NCBI RefSeq assembly: GCF_000181795.1
Contig: NW_003526943.1
Span: 4,491,228-4,555,227 of the forward strand
DNA from: Trichinella spiralis
Taxonomy: Eukaryota
Length of the DNA stretch: 64,000 nucleotides
Direction: 5' to 3'
In this document: one piece after another, positions 1 to 14,042 of the stretch
Position numbering within the stretch: position 1 is the first letter of the stretch
Layout of the letters: the number at the start of each line of letters is the position of its first letter
Position numbers and translations under genes: made by a program
The notes under the pieces: generated by a model
The model's database searches: none
What the model was told of the DNA's origin: nothing
Seen by the model: the letters and a program-made list of their open reading frames with translations, nothing else

Positions 1-188
1 TTATATTTTGTAAATATTTGAAAGGTAGTGTAATGACTACTTTGTAAAGGAAAAAAATTGAAAAGCTTCGAGCAGTTTCGTTTATATGTACTTTATTATG
101 GTCCATTAGAAGTGAAATACAAGTATAATATACAGCAATGCATTGTATAGTGTCTGTAGTAATGTGTAGTTCTACTTTAATGAAATAA

Positions 189-1275
189 TCAATTAGAAGA
201 TATTGAAGATAAAGTGGCGTTTCGAATTGTATCATATTGTAACATGCTACTCAGAGACTGGACTATGTTGTTCAGAATATGATCAAGTAGTGGTTGTATT
301 TGGGGTGTGAAATTTGATTCACCACATTCGTAAAGTTGCTCTACAAATGCTTTTTGTTCCATCGTTTTATGAGCCTCTTTTTCCAGAAAGGCTAAGTCAG
401 AGATAAGATTTTGAATTTCTGTCGTCTCCAAGCTGAAAATTCATTTTTATATTACTTGCTGTTTTACGAAAAAGCATTAGCAACAGACCTGTCTATGCAA
501 ATTTGTTTAATCTGTTCAACAATATCCAACATTTTTGGCCGGCTATCGTTCAGACTGTTTTTCAGCGTTTCCAAACAATATTCTGTTTCTGCTTTTGCCT
601 CAGGGTAACAAGTGTCATCATCTTTTACCACTTGTCCAATATGAATTGCCTGAAATCTGTACGAACATTTTATTGAATATTAATCAAAAGACTGTAATGT
701 GTATTAGAATTCTTACATCCAAGATTCTGTTGCTGGTTTTATTTCTAAAAGTGTAGAAAAATATTCACTTTTTTCGACTTTTCCATAAATAAGACCCAAC
801 TGAGTTAATATAAAATTCATCCCCATCGTTAACATCTCATAGCCTGTTCTGATAAAGCAGTCGGTAATTTCATTGACGACATTCATGTCAACATTTTCGA
901 GAGCTGCGAGTTCAGAATTTTGCTTCAATATAAACTGATAGCATTCAGTTCTAAACAGAACAAACTAATTTTTAAACTTTTTACAATATTTATTGTTATA
1001 CATATATATATATATATATATAACAGCTTAATATAATTAAAAATAAAATAATATTTTAATTTTTTAATTGCTTACTGTTGGATACATTGCAATGAATCTT
1101 CTAAATTATCAATATTTTCGAATTCTTCCACGAGTGGAATAAAATTTTCCAAGAAACATGTCATATATTGTAAAGTACTGTTAATAGCGGACGACTGATC
1201 ACTTCCATTTACTTCTGTCATCAAAAGAAGTAACAATCCGTAGATTACAGCAAACGTACAACACTTTCCAGCCAT
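189..1275 (-). CDS. Five-exon secreted protein of unknown function (lineage-specific)
   Basis: ATG at 1275 is followed by a signal-peptide-like stretch (MAGKCCTFAVIYGLLLLLMTEVNG). Exons ~1275-1076, 950-801, 744-717, 649-~489 and ~432-189 join in frame across GT..AG introns, linking the ORF-track fragments 1072-1305, 713-928 and 189-431. No family recognised. Confidence 0.7.
1003..1022. repeat. (TA)n microsatellite in intron 1 of the secreted-protein gene
   Basis: A tatatata run is directly visible. Confidence 0.85.
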
Positions 1276-2074
1276 TTCAATTGTGACACTTTTAATAATA
1301 AACAAAATAATTTATGCTGATGAACTAACTGTATTCCGCTCCCGTAATTTTGTTAGCTCTTTGAAAACGCAATGTTTTTTTGACATAGTTTTATAATGAT
1401 GGAAGCTTTATTAAAATATTTTCAATTTTTCTCAAACTAGATTTCACATCAGTTAACTGTAGTAATAAACTGGAAGTATAATGTACAATAAAAAATGAGA
1501 AACTAGCACGAACAATGATATTTTTTAAATGAATAAGTGCGATTAATGTTGTCTAGATTTGTTTGTGATTAAAACAATTATATATATATATATGATCAAT
1601 TCAAAGCCAAGTGTAACGCATTATTATCGAATGCTATTGCAATGTAAGCTATACAAATCGAGCTTGTACAGGAAGGAGAAAAATGAACTTACAAAGTGGA
1701 ATAAAAACTTACATTTTTCAAACAGTGGTTTGTTTTTATGTAAATGTGTTGAATGAAACTCAAACTGAGAAAAAACATTTTTTCCAAGATTTAAATTAAT
1801 ATTTAAAAGAGAATTATTTATCAGAAAAGAAAAACAAATAGCATTGTTTGACCAGATAAGAATTACTCATCAAGCGGTGCAGTTCATAGCATGTCAACTT
1901 TTTCTTGCGTTTATGTCCTTTAAGCTGATAGTATGCGAGTTCAAAATATTTAACTTTTTTGCATTTGTATGATTCTCAAATTCCAATCTGCGACCTCTGG
2001 AGTCATTCGAATTACAAAAATGAAATATACAAGGAAGCATAAAAAATATGACAAATAAAATGAATCCGAAAAAT

Positions 2075-3202
2075 TTACTCGTTAAAGTTGACATTAAATT
2101 TCGGCCGTAGAATACTCAAAGTAATTAAAATAGCTTCCTCAGTGCGTATAGTTCGGCTACCTTGATTGGGGCAAGTGTTCAAATAAAACTGAAACAACGA
2201 TTCAGGATCGTTCTCCTGCAAATGTTGATCATTCTCTATGCATGCTTCGATGCCTTTGACGCCACCGAAAACAATCAGCAGATGCTTGAACGATGGCAAC
2301 TGAACATTGTCCACGTTGGTTCCCTTGTCCGAAGTGCCAACAATCAAATCATAACCTTCAACGTAAGGACAATCGGAAAAAACCGACTTCAACGACTTTG
2401 CAAGTCGAACATTATAACCCCAGTAATATCCCATTGCTGTTCTAGGTTCTGTTGGATTGACAACCTTCGCCACCAGACGCTTTTGTTTCTGATCAGAATT
2501 TTCAAATTTCACCGTCACACGAATACCGGGTTTCAATGCTCGATCAATTTCCACATCTTTTGCCAAACCAGCGTTGCAAAATGATCCACGACCATCCTTG
2601 ACTGGCTTGTTAACTACAACAGCTTCACGATATGGTATTTCAACTTCGTCCATTCGAAAATGATGAAAACAATCCAAAGGATTCAAAAGACCAACGTACT
2701 TAAAATCACTACATAATGGAAACAAATGTTTCCGCAAATACTGTGGACATTCAATATAACGCAGTATTCGGACTAAAAAGCAGTTGCAATTGAAAGCACG
2801 CAATTCACCATTTTCGAACATCTCCACTTCTTTGCTGGTCATTGTGGCCGTTTCATCAAATATGATAATTTCATCGACTTCAAAAATAGAGGCAGCGCGA
2901 GCAATTTGTCCAGCTAAGTAGGTTCTCAGTTCAAACGATTGAGCATTTTCCACAATTGAACCAGGAATGGCGATGCTAACAGTGTACAATCGACCCGAAT
3001 AACGACCAACCGAAGATTCACTGTCGTCAGTTTCAACACTATTTTTCAAACTGCTTGCTTTCTTCATTTTTTCAGCCTCCATTATCAGCTTCCGAAGTTT
3101 CTTTTCCTTTTTCACAAGTCGCATCTGTATACTTTGTTCTTTTGAAATCCTTTGACGTTTACAACCGCTTACGCTTGGATAAAATTCATCTTCAGAATCC
3201 AT
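2075..3202 (-). CDS. SPOUT1: SPOUT-domain RNA methyltransferase (SPOUT1/C9orf114/CENP-32 family), intronless
   Basis: 375-aa ORF with family-typical segments TVSIAIPGSIVENAQSFELRTYLAGQIARA, ECPQYLRKHLFP, GYYWGYNVR, LLIVFGG and NTCPNQGSRTIRTEEAILITL. Confidence 0.93.
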   Translation of the reverse strand: MDSEDEFYPSVSGCKRQRISKEQSIQMRLVKKEKKLRKLIMEAEKMKKASSLKNSVETDDSESSVGRYSGRLYTVSIAIPGSIVENAQSFELRTYLAGQIARAASIFEVDEIIIFDETATMTSKEVEMFENGELRAFNCNCFLVRILRYIECPQYLRKHLFPLCSDFKYVGLLNPLDCFHHFRMDEVEIPYREAVVVNKPVKDGRGSFCNAGLAKDVEIDRALKPGIRVTVKFENSDQKQKRLVAKVVNPTEPRTAMGYYWGYNVRLAKSLKSVFSDCPYVEGYDLIVGTSDKGTNVDNVQLPSFKHLLIVFGGVKGIEACIENDQHLQENDPESLFQFYLNTCPNQGSRTIRTEEAILITLSILRPKFNVNFNE

Positions 3203-3631
3203 AATCTAATTAATACCAATTCATAATATAACACTTATAACTAATACTTTTGAGTTTAGTAATAATCTGTTACTTAATAATTTATTATATATTTTAATTT
3301 AAAAATAAAAAATCAAGGTTCAACTCAATTATTTAATTAATAAAATCAAAACCCTTAAACGGTTGGCAAATTTTGTAAAAAAATACAAAAAGTATATTCT
3401 CATAATTATTAAACAATGTAATTTTTCAACATTCTCTAACTGAAACCTAAAAATAATTTTTTTCTGATTCTTATCTATTAGTAATTATTTAAATCATATG
3501 TATAAGCAAAATATGCCCATAAATAATTTTAAATAAAAAACCAGCAAAGCAAATATTGCAATATATGAGCAAAAACTCTGTAATAAATTAATATCAAAAT
3601 CATAACACAACTTGTCAAGTACCTTTTAGCT

Positions 3632-5901
<2,270 letters not shown>

Positions 5902-6239
5902 TTTTAGCTAATTTCGACTAATTTAGTAAATCTGAAGAAAATGTGGGTCAATTTGTCATTAATCAACTACTGTAACAGATAATTAAAGTTTAATTACGTA
6001 TTTTAAAATAAGAAATGTCTTCATCAGCAATAATTGCAAAAGAAATCAATTATAAGCGCGTAAATAATTTATAATTTGAAGTAATTATCAAAAATAATAT
6101 ACACAGATTTTTCATACGATGTGGCAAAAGCTACTGTCACTAATAATAAAGCCTAACTTTCTTTTCACATTTACAGTATAATAATAGTTATTTTCCAATG
6201 ATTTTGCGAACTTGCTTTAATTGTAGTGTCTGATTTTTT

Positions 6240-9200
6240 ATGTGGAACAATATCCCTGTGCGTGAAGATTTGAAAGAAATTGTTAAAACTGTTCTGGGGT
6301 TTACTGGCGTTACAGCTGTGCAGGTAGTCGTTTGTATTGTGTAATGCGCACGAAAGTTGTTGTATTTTAAACAGTCGTTTTGTATTTTTATGACATTTAT
6401 GTTTTCATGAACTGTTGGCATAATAAATATTTTTTATTTTGAATTTTCTGTTAAGAATGTTGTGTGCATGCACGCAGTGGATATAGATTGGCAAACTTAT
6501 ATAAAGTGAAGACGATACCTTTTGTTGACATTTTGCATCAGATTAGTATTCTTTTTTAATATCATTGACTGTAGAATTATATTTTAACTTTTTTGATCAT
6601 CTTTCTCGAAATTTTGAGTTCAATATGTGTTCAACAGTCTACGTTTTTTTCACGTTGTACTGCATATGAATTATATAATTCATTTAAATGAAGTAGCATT
6701 TTGAAATTGTTCATTTCCTTGATGTCAGTAATAATGCCCAAATTGCATTGTTGCATTTTTGTGATATTCCCAGTATTGGCATGTTGTTTGTCGAATTTGA
6801 AGCGGACAATAATACACGTAGTGTTGCTTTTTTGTTTTATCTTATTATTATAATTTTTCTGTAAATTTAAGTTTCCATTTGAAAAGTAAAATTCGTAAAT
6901 TTTTTCTAGCTAGTGTAAAAAAAACTCTGCTTGTTTGTGAAGTGCTTGAATATTTTTGACGCTTCTGGTGAACAAGTGTGTTGGTTGAACGTTAAAAATA
7001 ACCAACATGAATGATTCACCGATGAAGATGAGTTGGAAAATGAATTTGATAAATCAAGTCAATCAAGTGGTTCCGAGCTTTACGGACATCTTTGACGAAG
7101 AAACTTTCTATCTGACAGCATTTTTATTTGTCATTGGTAGTTTTCTAGTGGCTTTTGTATTGTCAAGGTTTATTACACTTCGTCCTGTTGATTAGCCAGT
7201 CAGTCAGTGGTCATGTTGATTTATTAATTTTTAGTTGGTTATAAAAATTTTTTTTCCAATATCGGAATTATGAAAAGTTTCAATTATTTGTTGTTTATGT
7301 TCATGCTTTGAAGTTTGAATAAAATTGTATGTGGATTCTTTTTCTTTTTTTATTACAGAAAAGCTGCATTGCACAGTTTGTATCTTTCAAAGATGTGATC
7401 GTTCAAGCACCTACAGGAAGCGGTAAAACACTCGCCTACGTTCTGCCCGTTTTGGAAATACTGCTCAAAGCGAAACCAGAATGGAAAAAATCTGAGGTGC
7501 GAGGTGAACACAACCAACGAACAATGAATTTTCGAATTGTTTGAGAGTTTAAAATTCGGTTTAAATGAATTTTGAATTTCAGATTGGCGCGGTTATTCTT
7601 GTACCAAGCCAGGAACTGGCAGTTCAAGTGGAAAAAGTGTTCTCTTATTTTTTGAATGTCACAAAGTTGAAAAGTGTTGTATTTTCTGGGAAAAGAAACG
7701 TTAAGAAGGATGTGAAAAAGTTTTGCAAAGGGGGGTAATTTCATTTTTTATCTTATAAATATTTTTTTTGACAACGAGGGTTTTATTGCAATGAATTTCA
7801 GTGGAAATATTATCATCGCCACACCAGGAAGATTGGAAACGTTGTTGAATTTGAATTCTGAAAATGGTGATTTTAATCTGAAAGTTCAATTCAAAATGGT
7901 CGAGGTATTTGTTTTGGATGAAGCGGATCGATTGCTGGAATTAGGTTTTTCAAAAAGGTATTTAATGGAGAAAAAAAAGCATTATTGTGTAAAAAGAAAA
8001 ACCAAAAAATGATTTAATAAATTTAGTATGACAGAAATAATGTCCCATTTGCCAAAAACGAGAAGGACGGGTCTGTTTTCTGCTACAATTCCAGAAAAAA
8101 TGGAAGAGCTTATCAAAATAGGAATGCGAAATCCTGTGAAAATTGTTATTAGCGGCAATGAGCAGTTGTTTTCAAAGAAAACAGTGATGAAGAAACAAGC
8201 AGTGGAAAACGATCTACAGACCATGTCTACACCGCGCGGCTTAAGCATTTACTATTCTGTAAGTGATCAGCATAATCGGAGCAGTGGATATTTAAATTTC
8301 TGTTCAATTTTTTATTTTTTTTCTTTGCTCTACAGATTGTTGCGGCAGAAGCGAAATTGGCAGTTTTGAGGAAATTTTTGTTGGACCATCTGAAGGAGAA
8401 AATATTGATATTTTTCAGCACTTGTCGATGTGTAGATTATTTTGGAGAATTTTTGAAAAAAATTTTCAAAAGGAAAACCGAAGTATTGACCATCCACGGC
8501 AAGAAGCAGAACGGCCGTCAGCGTATTTTCCACCAATTTCTCAAAATGAAATCCGGGATACTGGTTGCGACGGATCTGATGACTCGCGGTATTGATATTG
8601 TCGACATTGATTGGGTTGTTCAATTTGATCCACCAAGACAGGCGAGGTAGATTTTTGATGATCATTTTTTGTTTTTTGAAATTATTACTGTATGTTTGAA
8701 AAAATTTGCTCGGTAATTTTATATTGATGAATAAATTTTCATATTTTAAAGTTGGTTCGTTCATCGGTGCGGCAGAACGGCCAGAGTTGGAAGATCAGGA
8801 AAAGCGTTGATTTTATTAATGCCGAATGAGGAGAGTTATCCGGAATATTTGAAAAAAAATCAATCAGTTAGTTTATCCGAATTGTCTTTGCCGTGTACGA
8901 CAGAAGACTGCGACAAGATGTTGGAAGTGTTGCGAGAACGGGCATTGAGATCCAGGTAAGATCTGTTTTAAGCAACTGTTTTTACATTTTCTTTGATTAA
9001 GCAGTTGAATATTTTTTTTCCAGAGAAATACTCGAAGCAGGGACGAGAGCATTTGTCAGCTATATCCAATCGTATTGTAAACACGATTGTTACATTGTGT
9101 GCAGCTTGAAAGGTTATGATGAAAAAAAATTTGCTCATTCATTAAATGTTGTTTGTTTTTTCTTGATTAAATAATGGTAAATGTTTGTTAATTTCAGCCA

Positions 9201-9580
9201 TGGATGTTGTTAATGTTGCTCATTGTTATGGTCTTCTGAGACTGCCGAGGATGCCCGAATTATCCGGACGAGATTTGAGCCGGTTCAAACGATCTTCAGT
9301 TGATACGTCGACGATCGCTTACAAAGACAGCAAGAAAGAGGAGAAGAGGCTTCAATTGATGGAACAACGTCGTCGCACAAGCAACGACAACAACAAGCAG
9401 AACACTGCTGTCCAGGCCAAAACTAACGGTAAAGGCGCCAAGCGGAAGCAGAAATTATCCGGCCACCAGTATACTGTGGAAGAAGTTGGTGAAATTGAAG
9501 ACGATTACAAAATGGTGAAGAAGTTGAAAACTGGCAAAATATCCAGAGAAGATTTTGATCAGTATTTTGCGTCCGATTGA
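6240..9580 (+). CDS. DDX55: DEAD-box RNA helicase DDX55/Spb4, multi-exon
   Basis: Exon 1 (6240-6323, MWNNIP...GFTGVTAVQ, Q motif; not in the ORF track) splices to 7359 (APTGSGKT). Later exons carry PSQELA, ATPGRL, DEAD, SAT, QFDPP and HRCGRTAR, then the DDX55-type C-terminus RAFVSYIQSYCKHDC and YGLLRLPRMPEL. Stop at 9580. Confidence 0.92.
7007..7195 (+). CDS. 62-aa single-pass membrane microprotein nested in DDX55 intron 1
   Basis: Good start context (aacATGa). PSFTDIFDEETFY is followed by a hydrophobic helix and SRFITLRPVD. A possible acceptor tttttctag lies at 6901-6909. It resembles, from memory and unverified, a small uncharacterised invertebrate protein. Confidence 0.7.
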   Translation: MNDSPMKMSWKMNLINQVNQVVPSFTDIFDEETFYLTAFLFVIGSFLVAFVLSRFITLRPVD

Positions 9581-9688
9581 AACAGATTGTTTACTTGAAA
9601 ATTTCCAATTCACATAATTGTTTAATTTACTTTAATAAAAAAATATTTCTTTTGAAGCATCTTCTTCTTCTTCTTCATCTGCTAAAAG

Positions 9689-10584
9689 CTACGCTTGACA
9701 TTGGAAAGTTTTTGGATGGGGATGGTAAGGATGACAACAGCAACGGCAGATGATCTTTCCATTGTCATCCCTGCAATGAATAAATATCATTAATTTGAAA
9801 GATATTTAAAAAAAAGCTGTCAATTAATATTTATACAGAGTTTTGATGCAATTTGACATTTGAAAATCGTTGACAATATTTCTATAATCGCCGGTAACAT
9901 TGGGCATCGAGATGGCACGATTTGGCCACACTTGGCACTCGTCGTTCTCTTTGGGCAGAGCATCGTAAGCCGTATGGCAAGCTTGTTGTTGACTTTCACC
10001 GTTGAAATCCCTCTCATCGCATAGACTCTCGGCAACGAAAATACGATTCACATAACGATTGTCTCCTTTCCTGATCAAACCAAGTAATAATTTCATTTTT
10101 TCCAAGTAATAAATAAATAAATAATTTTTTGTCGAAATACTACTACCTCCTGTGACATTTGTATCCGCAAGATTGTTTGTACGAGCACATGCCGCACGGC
10201 TTTTCATCTAGGGTTATTGTTTTCAAATATTGGATCACATTTTCAATTGCTTTGCCAAAAAATACGTTCAACTTGGAATAGAAGACACTTTTCTGACAAA
10301 GCGGCGACAATTGCTTGAAATAGGGTTGGTTCCATCGGTGTTCACGGGTCGGCCCTCGGATCCAAGTGCAACCACCCCAACTACTCCAGATCATACAATT
10401 TTCCGCTTGTTTAGCTCGATCCAAATATGTAGCCAATTGGCCATTGGCTGATTTTGATAAATTGATTAAAATAAAATGATAATAATAATAATGACAATGA
10501 AAAATACTTACTTGTGCAGATCAAAGCTAGAACAACAACGACAACGAGGACGAAGATGCGTGAGCTGAGATGTTGTTGGATCAT
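9689..10584 (-). CDS. Secreted cysteine-rich protein, possibly of the nematode conserved cysteine-glycine (CCG) family
   Basis: Signal peptide MIQQHLSSRIFVLVVVVVLALICT, then spliced exons encoding CMIWSSWGGCTW, PCGMCSYKQSCG, CQVWPN and a terminal CRCCCHPYHPHPKTFQCQA; stop at 9689-9691. The family name is from memory. Confidence 0.75.
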
Positions 10585-11378
10585 AATTTTTATTTTTACG
10601 TAGTTGGGCGTAAGATGTCGGCCGTGAAGTGAACTATTAGTAGAAGTAATGATGGATCTTTGTGTTCGCTTTGCATTGTTCGTTTGACCTGCTTGAAAAA
10701 TTAAGGCCAAATTAGTGTGGTGTAATAAGATGCGAAGGCGTTGGTTGTTTGAAATGTATTCAACATGTCAGTGTTGTTCACGCACGTTTCAAGTATCCTG
10801 GTGGAAATTATTTATTCACAATGGTCTACATTCACCAAAGCACAACTGACCGGTTGCACTGAATGGGTGTTTTTCAAAATCAAATCAGCCTTCTCTACAG
10901 AAACGGGCGTGGCCTTGTAAGAATGGATCCATTTTTCACCCTTCAACGATGATGTATTGGGCCAATGAGGAAAACTTATTCCAAATAAATAAATACATTA
11001 CAATCAACCCAACTTGAACAAACTGGAACAATGAGAACAAATTGTACAATAAAAAAATTTTTTATTGTCAATTCTTTGCTAACTACAGTAGGTTTCACTA
11101 GATTCTCTTCAACAATTTCAACTTATATCAATAATTTATGTATATATATATTTCAGTAGTACAATTTGATCAAAATATTAAAATTCCTCATACTGCTCAA
11201 TTATATATTTCTTTTTTAAACTGGCACTGCTCTTTATTTCAAACATCTATTCACTATTAAAACTTGTATGTTGATTGTTGAAGTTTGAAATACAGAAAAC
11301 AAACTCGATGAGAAGTGATTCATCATTTTATTTTCGTACATCAATATTAAGTTTTTTTTAATAATTAATAAATCAATT

Positions 11379-12686
11379 TCACATTTGTTCATTTGTATGA
11401 TATTGTAAAGATAAATTATCAAATTTATCAACATAATCATCATTTCCTGGAAATGGTTTCTGAAATGTACCTTGAATAAAAATTCGAGGTACTTCCATGT
11501 TCTTTTTTCTGTTTATTGTTTTATTGGAAATATAGCTGACCGATAATTCTTCATATCCATTATCAACAAACAGCTTACGCAAAGCATCTAAAAATAATAA
11601 GCACATTACTTCGACACTAGTGAAGTGTGATTGAAGCACACTGACCTTCGGAAAAAAAGTAAGCAAATGTTCCATCTTGTCGGACATATAAATTTTCTTC
11701 CATTTTTTTGCCGCGACCAAAGCGCAATTGAGCATGATCAAATAAACCATAATCTCGCACAAATACAACGGCACCTGCTTTCAAAACCTAAACACACTTC
11801 AATTTTTGATATTTCTATTTCACCGAACAATATTGAATTCTAAAATAAAAAAATAATATATTCTTTAAAAAATATACAAGAAACAAAATTTTTAAAAAGC
11901 AAACTTATTACAATCCATTTTGTATATTCATAAAACGACATCGTCTTAAAAGTCAAATAAAGCTATCGTAAAAATAATAAGCTTTAAAATATTAAAAATA
12001 GCAAATTTTCATTATTAGCAACACATTTAGAATAACATTATGTGTAAATAATATGGCTTACTTTGAAAACATTTCGTAGTACAGCTGGTATATTGGCAGG
12101 ATGAATAGCTGATAATAAAAAGATCATCGTGCACACATCAACATCTGTTTCATTTATTAAATTTTTAAGAGAATCTTTCGTGAGATCACAAACAAATGGG
12201 AAACATTTTCTCTCATCAAATCTTTCATTTGACTGAAACAAGATTTTTAAAATAAAATATCTTTTCTAAGCTAAATATATCTATCATCTGTTCGCTTTTA
12301 CTTTAACATAATTGACAGCGCGCAGTGAAAAGTCGCATGCGTATATAAAAAGATGTGGAAAATATTCTAACAAAGGGAATATCAAGTTTCCAACTCCACA
12401 TCCGCATTCAAGTAACTTTTTTCCCTAAAATTAGTGAAATTAAATAAACACATCTTAAACGGGAATAGAGAACCTTTTCACAAGCTTCCGGAAGTATCTT
12501 TGGAAATTCTTCTCTAGTCCAATGTCTATCTTTGAAGAATAAGGTTTTATTTCTCAGGTAAAACTTATCCCAATTTTTTTGCAATTCTGATTCAAGTTTT
12601 CTTTTCTGGAAATCGTTAAAAGCCGATTTGTCAGAAGACAACTTTGCTAATTCATCATCAGTCAATATTCTAGCATAGTGACCCAT
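11379..12686 (-). CDS. METTL6: tRNA N3-methylcytidine (m3C) methyltransferase METTL6, multi-exon
   Basis: KNWDKFYLRNKTLFFKDRHWTREEF, SAM motif ECGCGVGN, YACDFS, IFLLSAIHP, VRDYGLFDHAQLRF, YVRQDGTFAYFF and VPRIFIQGTF, joined by GT-AG introns. The start codon is uncertain. Confidence 0.9.
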
Positions 12687-13220
12687 TACTCTACAGTGTA
12701 TTTTTACGGAACACTGAGTGTTAGTCAGCACTTCTTAAAGCTAAGAACATTTCTAAAACAAATTCTGCAAATCGCGAATTGTTTTTTTCAAATCACTTGC
12801 TCATGAAGCTTTCGTTATTAGATTAAGCCTGAAATCAAATCACATCATACTGTAAATCATATGAATAATCAAGTTAATGTTTATAATGATTACTATTTAT
12901 TGTATTGTAATATAAAATAATTTTTAAGAATTCAATAAAATTAAACAAAACATTAATTTGTTTATAAGTTTTAATATTTTAAAATATTATCACAGTCATA
13001 ATAACAATGAATAGAAAAATAGGTGCATCGGTAGCAGTTTTTAAGCTTAATTAAGTGAAGAAAAAATCTGCTCAAAAACACATAAAGCTGAAGGTATCAA
13101 ATTAATAAATTTTATAAAATTTTAGGAAAATTTCAAGTATTTTACTTTCATTGTAGTAAACAAATGTCGAATACAAAGCAGCAGGCTATCAAGTGAAATT
13201 AAATATCATATGAATTTAAG

Positions 13221-14042
13221 TTAGTCAACAAAAGGAATTCCCGATGGCACTTCTTCACGATATTTCAAATATTCATTGCCAAAAAACTGGACCAAATAGC
13301 TTTCCTCAATTTGAATTCGCTGTTTCAAAAATTTCCAACTGACATATGAATAGCCAACAAAGCAGACAGGATTGCACAAAATCAGCTGAGTACCAACACT
13401 CCAAAGCAACCAGCCCAAATAAGCAGGGTGTCGCCAAAAATGATACACGCCAGTAGTGACCAGCTTGTGAGTTTCTTTTCTTTTTGTGCTCACTAAATGC
13501 GAAAATCCTTTCCCAGCAGTATAAATGGCCAATTTTCGAACAACTTCACCAGTAATTGTCAGCATAAAACCGCATTTACTAATAAATGCAATGTACTTTA
13601 AACTTGAAAAATAATAATATTCAACAAAATATTCCACCCAGCTTAATATTGCAGCTAACCAATATTCAACAGAATGATTCAGCAAAAAGGAATCAATTGA
13701 CAAAGTATCGTCATTGCAAACGGCTATAGCAATGAATTCAGTGAAATGAAATGTACTTAACACGCATAAATACCATCCAAAGAGATGAAAAATTTCAAAA
13801 TGATCAGAATTACAACCACAAAAGCCAGTGAAGAATACAATAGCAAGGAAACTTGACCGAACGACAATTCCACAGATTTCAGGCAATGGCGCAAGCAAAA
13901 GAACGACAAAAGTAACAAACAATACTATGAAAAGAATATAAATATCAGAAATATACCATTTTAATAGAAATTTGCAAGTCAGAATAGTGGAGACAAAAGT
14001 AAAAACTGAAAATATTAAATGTTTCGGAAACGTCATATTCAT
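13221..14042 (-). CDS. ICMT: Isoprenylcysteine carboxyl methyltransferase (Ste14/ICMT), intronless
   Basis: Polytopic membrane ORF with FHFTEF, SFLLNHSVEY, GEVVRKLA, FSHLV, HKLVTTGVYHFWRHPAYLGW, RIQIEESYLVQFFG and VPSGIPF. Confidence 0.94.
   Translation of the reverse strand: MNMTFPKHLIFSVFTFVSTILTCKFLLKWYISDIYILFIVLFVTFVVLLLAPLPEICGIVVRSSFLAIVFFTGFCGCNSDHFEIFHLFGWYLCVLSTFHFTEFIAIAVCNDDTLSIDSFLLNHSVEYWLAAILSWVEYFVEYYYFSSLKYIAFISKCGFMLTITGEVVRKLAIYTAGKGFSHLVSTKRKETHKLVTTGVYHFWRHPAYLGWLLWSVGTQLILCNPVCFVGYSYVSWKFLKQRIQIEESYLVQFFGNEYLKYREEVPSGIPFVD

Noticed and set aside
2162..2584. 140-aa plus-strand ORF
   Set aside because: Antisense shadow of SPOUT1, with a non-ATG start and no recognisable motifs.
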